Positions 1 to 9,546 of a stretch of DNA of 59,899 bases are shown here, piece after piece. The first letter of the stretch is position 1. The number at the start of each line of letters is the position of its first letter. The position numbers and the translations under genes are program-made. The notes under the pieces were generated by a model that saw only the letters and a list, made by a program, of their open reading frames with translations, searched no databases and was not told the DNA's origin. Origin of the DNA: Patescibacteria group bacterium (GTDB taxonomy: Bacteria > Patescibacteriota > Patescibacteriia > Magasanikbacterales > UBA922); contig JBAZZL010000004.1 of assembly GCA_041658785.1 (NCBI GenBank), forward strand, positions 1-59,899, in the 5' to 3' direction.

Positions 1-314
1 CGAAATTGATTTCCGACGTTTCCGAACTGACTGTCGGCAAATCTGGCGATGATCTTTTGTTTGATAGCAATCGGGGCGGGAAGCTGACGGCGCGTTCTTT
101 GCAAAAGATGTTTCACCGCACCCTCGGAGCGGCGGGAATTGACAAGCCCGCGACTTTTCACTCGCTTCGCCATTCGTTTGCCACGCACCTTTTGGAAAAC
201 GGCACGGACGTGCGCTACGTGCAGGAACTGCTGGGGCACGCGAACATCAGAACCACGCAGATTTATACGCAAGTGACGAATCCGGCGCTTAAGAATATCA
301 GAAGTCCGTTTTGA
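1..314 (+). CDS. tyrosine recombinase (XerC/XerD/phage-integrase family), C-terminal fragment; 5' end outside window
   Basis: ORF 6..314 reads ...[40 protein letters not shown], the conserved box II (H-x-x-R ... Y) region of tyrosine recombinases. The frame stays open to the window edge. Confidence 0.85.
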   Translation, partial: KLISDVSELTVGKSGDDLLFDSNRGGKLTARSLQKMFHRTLGAAGIDKPATFHSLRHSFATHLLENGTDVRYVQELLGHANIRTTQIYTQVTNPALKNIRSPF

Positions 315-369
315 TTGTTTACAAAATATAAGGTCTAATTTGCAACATGTATGCTGCCTGATGCGCCTA

Positions 370-1458
370 TCACGTTACCGTCGTTATTTCAGACGCCGCT
401 TCCGCATATTGTATCATTCTCGCGATATAACCAAGCAAATTTGCCATCTGCGTTACATATCCCCACTCATTGTCGTACCACGCCAAGACAGAAACCATCT
501 TCCCATCAATAACTTTTGTAGAAAGTGAATCAACTATAGAGCCGTATGGCGACCGGACATAATCAACCGAAACTAAAGGCAAATCTGACACCGTCATACT
601 CTTTGGATATTTTTCTCTCGCCGCAGTTCTAAACGCTTCATTCACTTCGTCCACTGTAACAGAACGCTCCAGCTCCGCGGTCAAATTGATTACTGAAACA
701 ATCTCAACCGGAACACGAAGCGCGAAACCATCCAATTTTCCTATCAGCTCCGGCATAAGATCGCCTATTGCTTTGGCCGCTCCTGTTTTTGACGGCACGA
801 TGGAAAGACCGGCTGCGCGAGAACGGCGAAAATCACCCTTTTGGTGCGGATGGTCAACCAGATGCTGATCATTGGTATAGGCATGCGCTGTCATCAAATT
901 GCCGTGCACAATCCCAAACTCATCATGTAATGTTTTTACTACTGGAGCCAGACAAGCAGTCGTACAAGAAACACAAGAAAAAATCCGGTGTTTCTTGGGA
1001 TCAAAATCTCTATGATTAATGCCGTAAAGCAAAGAAGCGTCAACATTCTTTCCCGGAGCGCTGATAGCGACATATTTTGCTCCGGCATCAATATGTTTTT
1101 GTGAAGATTCTCTATCTCGAAAAACTCCGGTGGACTCAATTACCACATCAACATCATATTTATCCCAAGGAGCTTTTTCTAATTCATCTTCATGATGCAA
1201 TGGAACACGCTTGCCGTCAATAACAAGAGCATCATTTCCATCATGCGTCACGCCGTAATCCCACGGACCATAGATTGAATCATACTTCAGCAGATGCGCG
1301 TAAATATCACAACTAGACCGACTATTGATGGCCACAATCTCAAAACGAGGATTGTCCCATACAATGCGGGTAAATATTCTGCCAATGCGCCCAAAACCAT
1401 TTATTCCCACTCTTAACGGCTGCTGTTTTGCTTTTGCTTCTGGTGAATGTGGATCCAT
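370..1458 (-). CDS. gap: glyceraldehyde-3-phosphate dehydrogenase
   Basis: 362 aa. N-terminal Rossmann motif INGFGRIGR and catalytic-Cys motif SCVSCTTACLAP, with typical length. Confidence 0.93.
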   Translation of the reverse strand: MDPHSPEAKAKQQPLRVGINGFGRIGRIFTRIVWDNPRFEIVAINSRSSCDIYAHLLKYDSIYGPWDYGVTHDGNDALVIDGKRVPLHHEDELEKAPWDKYDVDVVIESTGVFRDRESSQKHIDAGAKYVAISAPGKNVDASLLYGINHRDFDPKKHRIFSCVSCTTACLAPVVKTLHDEFGIVHGNLMTAHAYTNDQHLVDHPHQKGDFRRSRAAGLSIVPSKTGAAKAIGDLMPELIGKLDGFALRVPVEIVSVINLTAELERSVTVDEVNEAFRTAAREKYPKSMTVSDLPLVSVDYVRSPYGSIVDSLSTKVIDGKMVSVLAWYDNEWGYVTQMANLLGYIARMIQYAEAASEITTVT

Positions 1459-1477
1459 ATTTTTTTGGTTCTAAAAA

Positions 1478-2497
1478 TTATTCCATGTCTTTACTATATG
1501 CGCCAGATCTAGCCGCGCTTGTCAATTTCGCGCGTTTAAGAAAAACCGCCTGCGCTGTTGCGTTATTTGTTTCCTCTCCGCCCCATGCTTTCAAGGCTGA
1601 TTGCTGCAATGCGCGTCCATATGAAAATGAAAGTTGCCAAAAGCCATTGTCTTTCATTTGGTTTATCGCGTTCAGATTCTCGCAAGCCTGCGCTTCGCTT
1701 TGGCCGCCAGAAAGAAAGACAATGCCGGGTACTTCTGCCGGTACAGATTCTTTGAGGCATTCAACGGTCAGCTGGGCTATTTTTTTTGCATCTGCCTGTA
1801 CCGGACAATCCATTCCCGAAATAATCATATTTGACTTAAGCAAAATGCCATCAAGCGCCACTCTTTGCATTTTTAATTCTGCAAATACTTTGTGCAGAGT
1901 CTTTTTGGTAACTTCGTAACAAACTTCAACAGTGTGGACGCCATCCATCAACACTTCAGGTTCAACAATAGGCACGAGCCCCGCTTCTTGGGCCAGCGCG
2001 GCATAGCGCGCCAAGGCATGCGCGTTGACATTGATGCAGTAATCCGTTGGCAGGCCGGAATTTTCATCAATCTTTATCACGGCGCGCCATTTGGCAAACC
2101 TAGCTCCCAATTCAGAATACTCTTTGAACCGTTCACGCAATCCATCCAAGCCTTCTGTTATTTTCTCATCTGTAGAAAAAACCAACGGTTTGGCGCCAGC
2201 ATCAACTTTGATGCCCGGAAAAACTTCTTCCTTTCTCATAACTTCTACAAATGCCCGGCTATCATTTGTTTTTTGGCGAATAGTTTCATCATAGAGGATA
2301 ATACCGCTAATATATTCTCCAATGCCCGCGCTTGTAAAAAGCATCTGGCGATAGCGTCTGCGGTTTTCTTCTGTATTTTCTGCGCCGGCAGAAGCCAAAC
2401 GTTTGCCCGCAGTACCAGTGCTTTCGTCTGCCGCGAGAATTCCTCTCCCTGGCGAAACGAGCTGTCTGGCAATTTCGTTTAGTGATTGTTTGTCCAT
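1478..2497 (-). CDS. fba: fructose-bisphosphate aldolase, class I
   Basis: 339 aa. GILAADESTGTAGKRL near the N-terminus is the class I FBA signature, and the length fits. Confidence 0.88.
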   Translation of the reverse strand: MDKQSLNEIARQLVSPGRGILAADESTGTAGKRLASAGAENTEENRRRYRQMLFTSAGIGEYISGIILYDETIRQKTNDSRAFVEVMRKEEVFPGIKVDAGAKPLVFSTDEKITEGLDGLRERFKEYSELGARFAKWRAVIKIDENSGLPTDYCINVNAHALARYAALAQEAGLVPIVEPEVLMDGVHTVEVCYEVTKKTLHKVFAELKMQRVALDGILLKSNMIISGMDCPVQADAKKIAQLTVECLKESVPAEVPGIVFLSGGQSEAQACENLNAINQMKDNGFWQLSFSYGRALQQSALKAWGGEETNNATAQAVFLKRAKLTSAARSGAYSKDME

Positions 2498-2548
2498 ATT
2501 TTATTAAATTATTTATCAGATTGAATGCGGGCTATTTCTACATTTCAA

Positions 2549-2640
2549 TTTATTTCGTATTTCGTATTTCTTATTTCGTATTTCTTATTTCGTATTTCTT
2601 ATTTCGTATTTCTTATTTCGTATTTCTTATTTCGTATTTC
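2549..2640. repeat. tandem array of a 14-nt unit tatttcgtatttct (~6 copies)
   Basis: Read directly: tatttcgtatttcgtatttct then tatttcgtatttct repeated head to tail up to 2640. It fills the fba-pfk spacer. Confidence 0.95.
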
Positions 2641-2641
2641 A

Positions 2642-3856
2642 TTATTTATTTAAAATTTTGCCAACCACTGGCGCATCCAACATCTCCACCGGCTCTATTT
2701 CGCCAATCAGCGGTCTGGCATAATTTTTAAACTCATCAGCCACCATATTATTGCCTTTGATAAAATTGTCCGGCATCGTCTTTGTCTTGCCGGCCACTTC
2801 TTTTAGATCTACCAATTCATAATCTACCGCATAGTCGCCGGCGCGCCGAATCACGACAGAGCCATCTACATCTTCCCAAACAGCATACTGAACCGCGCGC
2901 TCCCCAACCTCACGCGCTTCATTCTTGTCAACTTCGCTCACACAGCCCAAAAATGATCTCTGCAAATATCCCAATGTATCTGCTCTGACTCTCTTAATTT
3001 TGGTTTTTGTTCTTATCAAATCAGCCAGAAGATCGCCCAGTGCGCCGTTGCCTGAAAGCTGGACATTGCCATGCGGATCATGTTCTTTTTCTTTTTGCAA
3101 ACCGGTGGCGATTGGCTCCCCGAAATCATCGTGAATTCCTTCAGACGCGGCCACGATACAACGGCCGTATTTATTATAAACTTCTTCCACATCGTTAACA
3201 AACTGGCCAGTGGAAAATATTCTCTCTGGCACATAGACCAGATGCGGACCGTCGTCAGACAGTCTTTTTGCCATTATTGAGGCTGCTGTCAAAAATCCCG
3301 CTTGCCTTCCCATCACCACTCCAATATATACTCCTGGCAAAGCCCGGTTATCCATATTTACCCCGGCAAAAGCTTTGGCAATAAATCTGCCGGCCGAACC
3401 ATAACCAGGGCAATGATCTGTTACTGCCAAATCATTATCAATTGTTTTTGGAATATGGATTGTTCTCAATTGATAATTTTGTTTTTCTGCCTGTTCATTT
3501 ACAATCCGGCAAGTATCGGCAGAATCATTGCCGCCAATGTAGAAAAAATAACCAATGCCATGATGCTTCATTGTTTCAAACATTTTCCGGCAATATTCTT
3601 CATCAGGCTTATCGCGGGTAGTACCCAAAGCAGACCCGGGTGTTGCGGCAACTTGTTCCAAATTGCTAGTAGAAGCTTCTGTCAAATCCAAAAAATCTTC
3701 TTTGATGATTCCTGATACGCCGTGCCTGGCGCCATAAATGCGTTCTATTTCAGGAAACTTTCTGGACTCCAAAATTATGCCAACTAAACTTTGGTTTATT
3801 ACTGCGGTCGGACCTCCCCCCTGCGCCACCAGCGCTTTGGCAATTAGTTTTGACAT
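2642..3856 (-). CDS. pfk: 6-phosphofructokinase family protein (long form, possibly PPi-dependent)
   Basis: 404 aa. N-terminal GGGPTAVINQSLVGII and IGGNDSADT match PFK nucleotide/sugar-phosphate motifs. ATP versus PPi specificity cannot be decided by eye. Confidence 0.8.
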   Translation of the reverse strand: MSKLIAKALVAQGGGPTAVINQSLVGIILESRKFPEIERIYGARHGVSGIIKEDFLDLTEASTSNLEQVAATPGSALGTTRDKPDEEYCRKMFETMKHHGIGYFFYIGGNDSADTCRIVNEQAEKQNYQLRTIHIPKTIDNDLAVTDHCPGYGSAGRFIAKAFAGVNMDNRALPGVYIGVVMGRQAGFLTAASIMAKRLSDDGPHLVYVPERIFSTGQFVNDVEEVYNKYGRCIVAASEGIHDDFGEPIATGLQKEKEHDPHGNVQLSGNGALGDLLADLIRTKTKIKRVRADTLGYLQRSFLGCVSEVDKNEAREVGERAVQYAVWEDVDGSVVIRRAGDYAVDYELVDLKEVAGKTKTMPDNFIKGNNMVADEFKNYARPLIGEIEPVEMLDAPVVGKILNK

Positions 3857-3923
3857 AATGATGTTTAATCAATACTATAGCAAACAAAAAACATCCCTGC
3901 AAGTAATATATTTTTGTAAATTT

Positions 3924-4019
3924 ACCCCGCCAGAGAACATCCAGCGGCTTGCCGCGGTGTCTGGCAACTCAATAACGAGTGCGGGGTCCAAATGCCCCGC
4001 GAGAGTTCTCTGGCGGGGT
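3924..4019. other. long-range inverted repeat (15-bp stem accccgccagagaac / gttctctggcggggt) enclosing an inner hairpin
   Basis: Arms at 3924-3938 and 4005-4019, inner hairpin gcgggg..ccccgc at 3981-4000. It starts immediately after the stop codon of the 4020..4280 gene. No U-tract follows. Confidence 0.7.
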
Positions 4020-4280
4020 TTACTCTTCCAGACGGCCTACTGCCTGTTCCCAAAGCTCATCTTGCGTTTGCCCAAAATCTATTTCATCGGCATGATCGTT
4101 GTACCACTGTTCAAAGGCAACGCGCAACTCGTCCGGATCGGTCGCGCTCTCAAATGAATCTTCAAGCAAGGCATATTTTTCTTGATGGGATATTGCCATT
4201 TCCTCTTCCATTTCTTCAAACAACTGCTGGACATGTTCAAGCACGGTTTTTTTTATTTGATCAAAATATTCGTCCTCCAT
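4020..4280 (-). CDS. hypothetical small highly acidic protein (86 aa)
   Basis: Clean ORF with its own promoter-like element upstream and a hairpin downstream. No recognisable family. Confidence 0.55.
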   Translation of the reverse strand: MEDEYFDQIKKTVLEHVQQLFEEMEEEMAISHQEKYALLEDSFESATDPDELRVAFEQWYNDHADEIDFGQTQDELWEQAVGRLEE

Positions 4281-4420
4281 AGTAAATCAATGGTATGAAC
4301 CACAGAACAAGCTCTGGACTCTTGTTCCGTAGCAAGCTGTGGGGAATAAAAACACCTTCTTGTCCGGCGCAGCCCACAGGCGGAGACGGATTAAATTTTA
4401 GTTAGTATTTTTTCTCAAAA

Positions 4421-4448
4421 ACTATATCATATTAAAAAAAGTTTGCAA
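4421..4448 (-). promoter_or_regulatory. sigma70-like promoter (TTGCAA, 16-nt spacer, TGaTATAGT)
   Basis: Minus strand reads cTTGCAAactttttttaatatgaTATAGT: -35 at 4443-4448, -10 at 4421-4426, with a TG extended -10. Confidence 0.5.
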
Positions 4449-4491
4449 GAGGCTGTTGCTTTCATACAAAAGGATACTCAGAATATAATAT

Positions 4492-4522
4492 AAAAAAAGT
4501 CAAGACCCATTTGGTCTTGACT
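4492..4522 (-). terminator. rho-independent terminator after 5S rRNA
   Basis: Minus strand reads agtcaagaccaaatgggtcttgact followed by ttttttt. Confidence 0.85.
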
Positions 4523-4547
4523 GTTAATAACTAAAAAGACGCAGAAA

Positions 4548-4653
4548 CTGGGCGCTTACCTACTCTTCCCTTGCGAGTACCATCGGCGCTGATGGGCTTA
4601 ACTGCTGTGTTCGAGATGGGAACAGGTGTACCCCCATCGCAAGAAGCACCCAG
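4548..4653 (-). rRNA. rrf: 5S rRNA
   Basis: The reverse complement reads CUGGGUGC...CCCAUCUCGAACACAGCAGUUAAGCCCAUCAGCGCCGAUGGUACU...GCGCCCAG. It has a helix I closing stem and conserved loop sequences. Ends are +/- a few nt. Confidence 0.9.
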
Positions 4654-4853
4654 ATTCTGAGTCTTTTTGAATTTGAAAATGTTAATTGTTAACTTTCAAA
4701 AGTTAACTGCTATTGTAAAGCACAACTCTGTGTTTCCGCAGTAATGCTTGATCTATTAGTACACCTTGGCTCAATCCTTTGCAGGACTTACACCTAGTGC
4801 CTATCAACGTCCTAGTCTCGGACGGATCTCAAATGAATGGTAATCTTGGGAAC

Positions 4854-4891
<38 letters not shown>

Positions 4892-5009
4892 AAACGTCGC
4901 TACCCGGCGATGTTCTTGGCAGAACAGCCGGCACACAAGAGGTTTGTCCATCTCGGTCCTCTCGTACTAGAGATGAATTCCCTCACCATTCGACGCCCAC
5001 AGCAGATAG

Positions 5010-5051
<42 letters not shown>

Positions 5052-5052
5052 T

Positions 5053-5091
<39 letters not shown>

Positions 5092-5092
5092 C

Positions 5093-5133
<41 letters not shown>

Positions 5134-5677
5134 GCGCCGTCGCTGTGGACGCTTGGGCGCGATCAGCCTGTTATCCCCAGAGTAGCTTTTATCTGTTGAG
5201 CTTCCGCGGTCCTATGTCCCACGGTCGGATCACTAACTTCTACTTTCGTAACTGCGCGGGCTATTACCCTTGCAGTAAAGCTGGCTTTTGCGTTTGCGCG
5301 TCCACTCCGATTTCCATCCGGAGCAAGCCAACCTTTGTAAACGCCTCCGTTACAATTTAGGAGGCAACCGCCCCAGTTAAACTACCCATCAGATACTGTC
5401 TCTATAGCCTCTATAAAGGCCACGGATTAGATATGTCACAGCACAAGGGTGGTATCTCACTGTTCCCCGACTTGCGCCGGGGTCCCACCTATGCTGAACA
5501 TGTGAAGCAACATATCAATATCAAATTGTAGTAAAGCTTCATGGGGTCTTTTCGTCTAGCTGCGGGAATGTCGCATCTTCACGACAATTGCATTTTCGCC
5601 GAGTACATGGTTAAGACAGTCTCCATATCGTTATGCCATTCGTGCGGGTCGGAACTCACCCGACAAGGAATTTCGCT

Positions 5678-6499
5678 TGAATAGTTGTTAATAATATTTA
5701 TTATTAACGTTCTAGACTGTTAACTAGAACCTGCATATCGCTATGCAGACCGAACCATTTCTTCATCCCGACAATGTCGGGAGGTTGGCGTATGGTCTCT
5801 GAGGATTTTTATCAAACTCTCTCTTGGTTTTTTTCTATTCATTGTTGACGCAATTTTAGCTATTTTCACCATTCCTTTGTTCGTTAAATGTTCCTGTCTT
5901 TGCATGCATATAACACACTCAACAAACTTTTCAAAATCTTCTTGCTTTGTAGTTTTTAATTTATACTTTTTAAAAAAAGGAATTATTATGTCAATTAAAT
6001 CTTCCCTTTTTCTAACTACAAATCTATAAAGATTTTCCTTATGATTATCATATCTGCGGTTGGGGTATATATAGCCGACACCAAAGTGTTTCTTCAAAAC
6101 TTCTAAAGAAGCTCTGCTTTTTTCACCTTGAGTAACTGCGAATTCATGAAAAGGTTGGTAGCCTGTTTTGTACCCTCTGCGTATTCTTGTTTTCTCTTTT
6201 CTGTCGGATTGTTTTATAAATCCAACAGAGAAGCATCCCTCGCCATCTACAAAACCTATTACCCAACCAAGTTCGATAAATCTTTCCTGCTGATTTTCTG
6301 CGCTAGTCATATTGTTACTAGTTTAATTAAACAAGGAATAATTATACCTTGTGATATTTTAACATAGTAATGCTAGATACACCAGATTTTTCAGCATATA
6401 GCCAACTATTTTAGGACATCTTATTCATTGCTGAATAAGTAGGCAACGATCTATCAATAACCGTCCCAGTCCTTGTTGAGTGGAGAATTCCACTCAACA
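5678..6499 (-). mobile_element. intervening sequence (intron-like) in 23S rRNA carrying a homing-endonuclease ORF
   Basis: The conserved exon string ...cggcggtaactataaccgtcctaaggt (rc of 6500-6527) is separated from its universal continuation agcgaaattccttgtcggg (rc of 5659-5677) by 822 nt. Confidence 0.85.
5741..6310 (-). CDS. LAGLIDADG homing endonuclease
   Basis: 189 aa. LGWVIGFVDGEGCFSV is a canonical LAGLIDADG motif. The ORF lies wholly inside the 23S intervening sequence. Confidence 0.9.
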   Translation of the reverse strand: MTSAENQQERFIELGWVIGFVDGEGCFSVGFIKQSDRKEKTRIRRGYKTGYQPFHEFAVTQGEKSRASLEVLKKHFGVGYIYPNRRYDNHKENLYRFVVRKREDLIDIIIPFFKKYKLKTTKQEDFEKFVECVICMQRQEHLTNKGMVKIAKIASTMNRKKPRESLIKILRDHTPTSRHCRDEEMVRSA

Positions 6500-7388
6500 A
6501 CCTTAGGACGGTTATAGTTACCGCCGGCGTTCATCAGCGCTTCAGTCGCAAGCTTCTCCCGACTAAGTCGGGATAACCCACTTCTTTAACGTTCTGACAC
6601 TGGCCAGGCATCACCCCCTATACTTCCTCTTGCGAGTTAGCAGAGAGCTGTGTTTTTGGTAAACAGTCGCATGGAGTCTTTAGCTGCGTCCCCCGTCTAC
6701 GCTTTCCGCTTCGCTTCAAGCTGCGCCGGACAAGCTGTACTTAATAAATACGAGCTTGCTCGGCGTAGTTCTTCACGAAATGAAGAGTGTAGACGAGGGA
6801 AGGCCTTATCCCGAAGTTACGGCCGCTTTTTTGCCGAGTTCCTAAACCATGTTTCTCTCGTGCGCCTTGGTCTTCTCGACCTACTCACCTGTGTTGGTTT
6901 GTGGTACGGTTAGATATAGCCTAACGACATTGTACTTTTCTTGGCACCTCTCCTGCATGACTTGACCGCCTCCGAAGATTTGATCTCATCCCCGAACGGG
7001 GAACGTATAGCCATACAACGCTCATACATTTAAAATGCGAATACAATGCCAAACTATACCAAGTGCAGGAATATTAACCTGCTCTTCCATCGGCTACCCT
7101 TGTTGAACAAGGTTTACCTTAGGACCGACTAACCCAGGGACGATTCACGTTGCCCTGGAAACCTTGAGTTTTCGGCGTGACGGACTTTCACCGTCATTTT
7201 TGCTACTTGTGCCTGCATTCTCTCTTCCCAATGCTCCACCGGCCCTTACGGGTCCGACTTCACTGCGTTGGGAATGCTCCTCTACCGTTCCGCATTACTG
7301 CGGAACCCGCAACTTCGGTATATCACTTGAGCCCCGGTACATTTTCAGCGCGAAGACTCTTGACCAGTGAGCTATTACGCTATCTTTA

Positions 7389-7426
<38 letters not shown>

Positions 7427-7814
7427 AGAATCAACACCACTTTTAACACTTAGTGATAATTTAGGGACCTTAGTTTGCGATCTGGGCTGTTTCCCTTTTG
7501 ACTATGAAGCTTAGCCCTCACAGTCTGACTTGCATACTATTAATCTCTGGTATTCGGAGTTTGATTGAAAGGGGTATCCCGAAGGACCCCGCTCTCATCC
7601 AGTGCTCTACCCCCAGAGGAAACATATACAGCTAGCCCTAAAGCTATTTCGAGGAGAACCAGCTATTACCGAGTTCGATTAGAATTTCTCCGCTATCCAC
7701 AACTCATCCCCGCGTGTTACACGGCGCGTGGGTTCGGTCCTCCCCCAACTTTTACGTTGGGTTCAACCTGGCCATGGATTGCTCACCCGGTTTCGGGTCT
7801 ATTCCGACAGACTA

Positions 7815-7903
7815 GTCTACGCTACGCTACGCCTAGTAAACGTTTTTATTATTATACTTACCAAAACTATAATAATAGTTTACGCGGCGAAGCGTAGCGA
7901 AGA
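7815..7903 (-). other. 23S expansion hairpin
   Basis: gtctacgctacgctacgcc ... ggcgaagcgtagcgaagac pair around an AT-rich tip (ttattattata / tataataata). Confidence 0.7.
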
Positions 7904-8007
7904 CGCGCCCTGTTAAGACTTGATTTCTCTATGGCTTCTCCCCAGAGGGGATTAACCAAGCCAGTCGGAATAACTCGCAGGCTCATTCTTCAATAGGAAC
8001 ACCATAA

Positions 8008-8120
8008 CCGATGCTGCGCATCGGAAATTCCAAAATACAAATCCCAAAATACAAACAATATTTATAAAAGTGTTTGTTTCTTGTTTCTCGTAATTTGAAA
8101 CTTCCGGTGCGAAGCACCGG
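8008..8120 (-). other. 23S expansion segment with AT-word repeats
   Basis: Small hairpins ccgatgctgcgcatcgg and ccggtgcgaagcaccgg flank ccaaaatacaaatcccaaaatacaaac / gtttgtttcttgtttc. Confidence 0.65.
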
Positions 8121-8551
8121 CGTTGGCTCTATGTAAGCATACGGTTTCAGATACTATTTCATCCCCCTTCCGGGGTGCTTTTCACCTTTCCCTCATGGTA
8201 CTCGTTCACTATCGATCACTGTTTATATTTAGTCTTAGGCCATAGTCGGCCCAGGTTCAGACGGGATTTCACGTGGCCCGTCCTACTCAGGAATATCTGC
8301 AATAATATATAAAATATTTCGCCTACGGGACTATCACCCGCTATGGTGCTCCGTTCCAGGAGTCTTTGACTATACTATATATATTACTTCCAGCTCAACA
8401 GGTAGCTGACGCAAATATCCTACAACACCTATACTGCAACGGCCTGTCCTTTAAGAATGATGTCAAAATAAGTCCGAAGACTGATCTATTCATCACCCAA
8501 CACAGCATAGGTTTGGACTGATCCGCTTTCGCTCGCCACTACTAACGGAAT

Positions 8552-8624
8552 CGAAACCACGAATCTCTATCACGAATCAACACGAATATAAAATTCGTGC
8601 AAATTCGTGTAAAGAATTCGTGGT
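8552..8624 (-). other. 23S expansion hairpin built from cacgaat / attcgtg words
   Basis: It is inserted between the conserved strings cgctcgccactact..ggaatc and gttagtttctttcttttcctc. It contains ccacgaat, cacgaat x2, then attcgtg x3. Confidence 0.75.
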
Positions 8625-8721
8625 GTTAGTTTCTTTCTTTTCCTCTGGCTACTGAGATGTTTCACTTCACCAGGTCTTCTCCATACACCTATGTATTCAG
8701 TGTATGGTACCAGTGTTTCAC

Positions 8722-8802
8722 GCTAGAAACCAATTTCAAAATTCAGAATTCAATCCGCCAGTTGGCGGAAGGATTTTGGATTTAAGATTTTGGATTTCCA
8801 GT
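8722..8802 (-). other. 23S expansion inside the 5'-domain hairpin closed by ccagtgtttcac / gtgaaacactgg
   Basis: ~80 extra nt with aatttcaaaattcagaattcaat, a ccgccagttggcgg hairpin and ggattttggatttaagattttggattt. Confidence 0.7.
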
Positions 8803-9154
8803 GTGAAACACTGGTGGGTTCCCCCATTCGGAAATTCCCGGGTCAAAGGTTGCTTGGGACCTCACCGAGACTTATCGCACCCTGCAACGTCCTTCATAGT
8901 TAAACAGTGTCAAGGCATCCACCGTACGCCCTTAATTTGCTTACTGCGAAAACACACAATTGTGCTTTCTTGCCACGCCTCCCGATTCAATCGGGATTAA
9001 CGTGGAAATGCTTTTAACATTCTCGTTGAATTGTAATGAACCTGCTCATTTTTCTTATACTACCCAATCTTACACACGAATTAACACCAAAATATATTCG
9101 TGTTAATTCGTGAAAAAAATTCGTGGTTATAATTCGTGTCAAAGATTCGCGGTT

Positions 9155-9180
9155 AAAAAAAGACCGCTTATCAAGCGGTC
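9155..9180 (-). terminator. rho-independent terminator-like hairpin between tRNA-Leu and 23S
   Basis: Minus strand reads gaccgcttgataagcggtc followed by ttttttt. Confidence 0.75.
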
Positions 9181-9391
9181 AGTACAACAAAAAGTTGCTG
9201 TCCTCAATCGCTTGGATATTCTGAGTATGTAAAGTAAGTTAACATGATTGACATTATCTTACTAAATTATTTTCCGATAAAATCGGAATAACCCAGAGGT
9301 CCAAACGTATTGTCCCGCCATTGCCGGAGGCGGCAGCGGAAGTTAGGACATGGCCCGCCGAATCGGCGGAGTCTGCTTCAATTTTGAATGC
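9155..9391 (-). ncRNA. candidate ~235-nt ORF-less transcript (unknown sRNA, or the first part of the 23S leader)
   Basis: It is bounded by a consensus promoter (9398-9426) and a terminator hairpin (9155-9180). It contains the hairpins ccgccgattcggcgg and guccuaacuuccgcugccg-ccuc-cggcaauggcgggac. No ORF longer than ~19 codons. Confidence 0.35.
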
Positions 9392-9397
9392 GTGGAG

Positions 9398-9426
9398 ATT
9401 ATACCTGACTCAAAAAAACTTGTCAA
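9398..9426 (-). promoter_or_regulatory. consensus sigma70 promoter TTGACA-17-TATAAT
   Basis: Minus strand reads cTTGACAagtttttttgagtcaggTATAATctcc: -35 at 9421-9426, -10 at 9398-9403, spacer exactly 17 nt. Confidence 0.8.
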
Positions 9427-9546
9427 GTTCCAAATGTGTATATGTGGGCAGGATGTGGATAAACGCGCTGGAAGCCTGAAATTTGAACCAACAATCTTGG
9501 GTTTATCTCATGAATCGTGCTGTGTGCATTATGCATCGCGACAGCG

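Noticed and set aside
9290-9350. SRP (4.5S) RNA, suggested by ccggaggcggcagc resembling the ccggaaggaagcagc domain IV string
   Set aside because: The segment folds into a plain 6-bp hairpin without the symmetric and asymmetric loops. It also lacks the flanking conserved nucleotides. The resemblance is on the strand opposite to the promoter-terminator pair.
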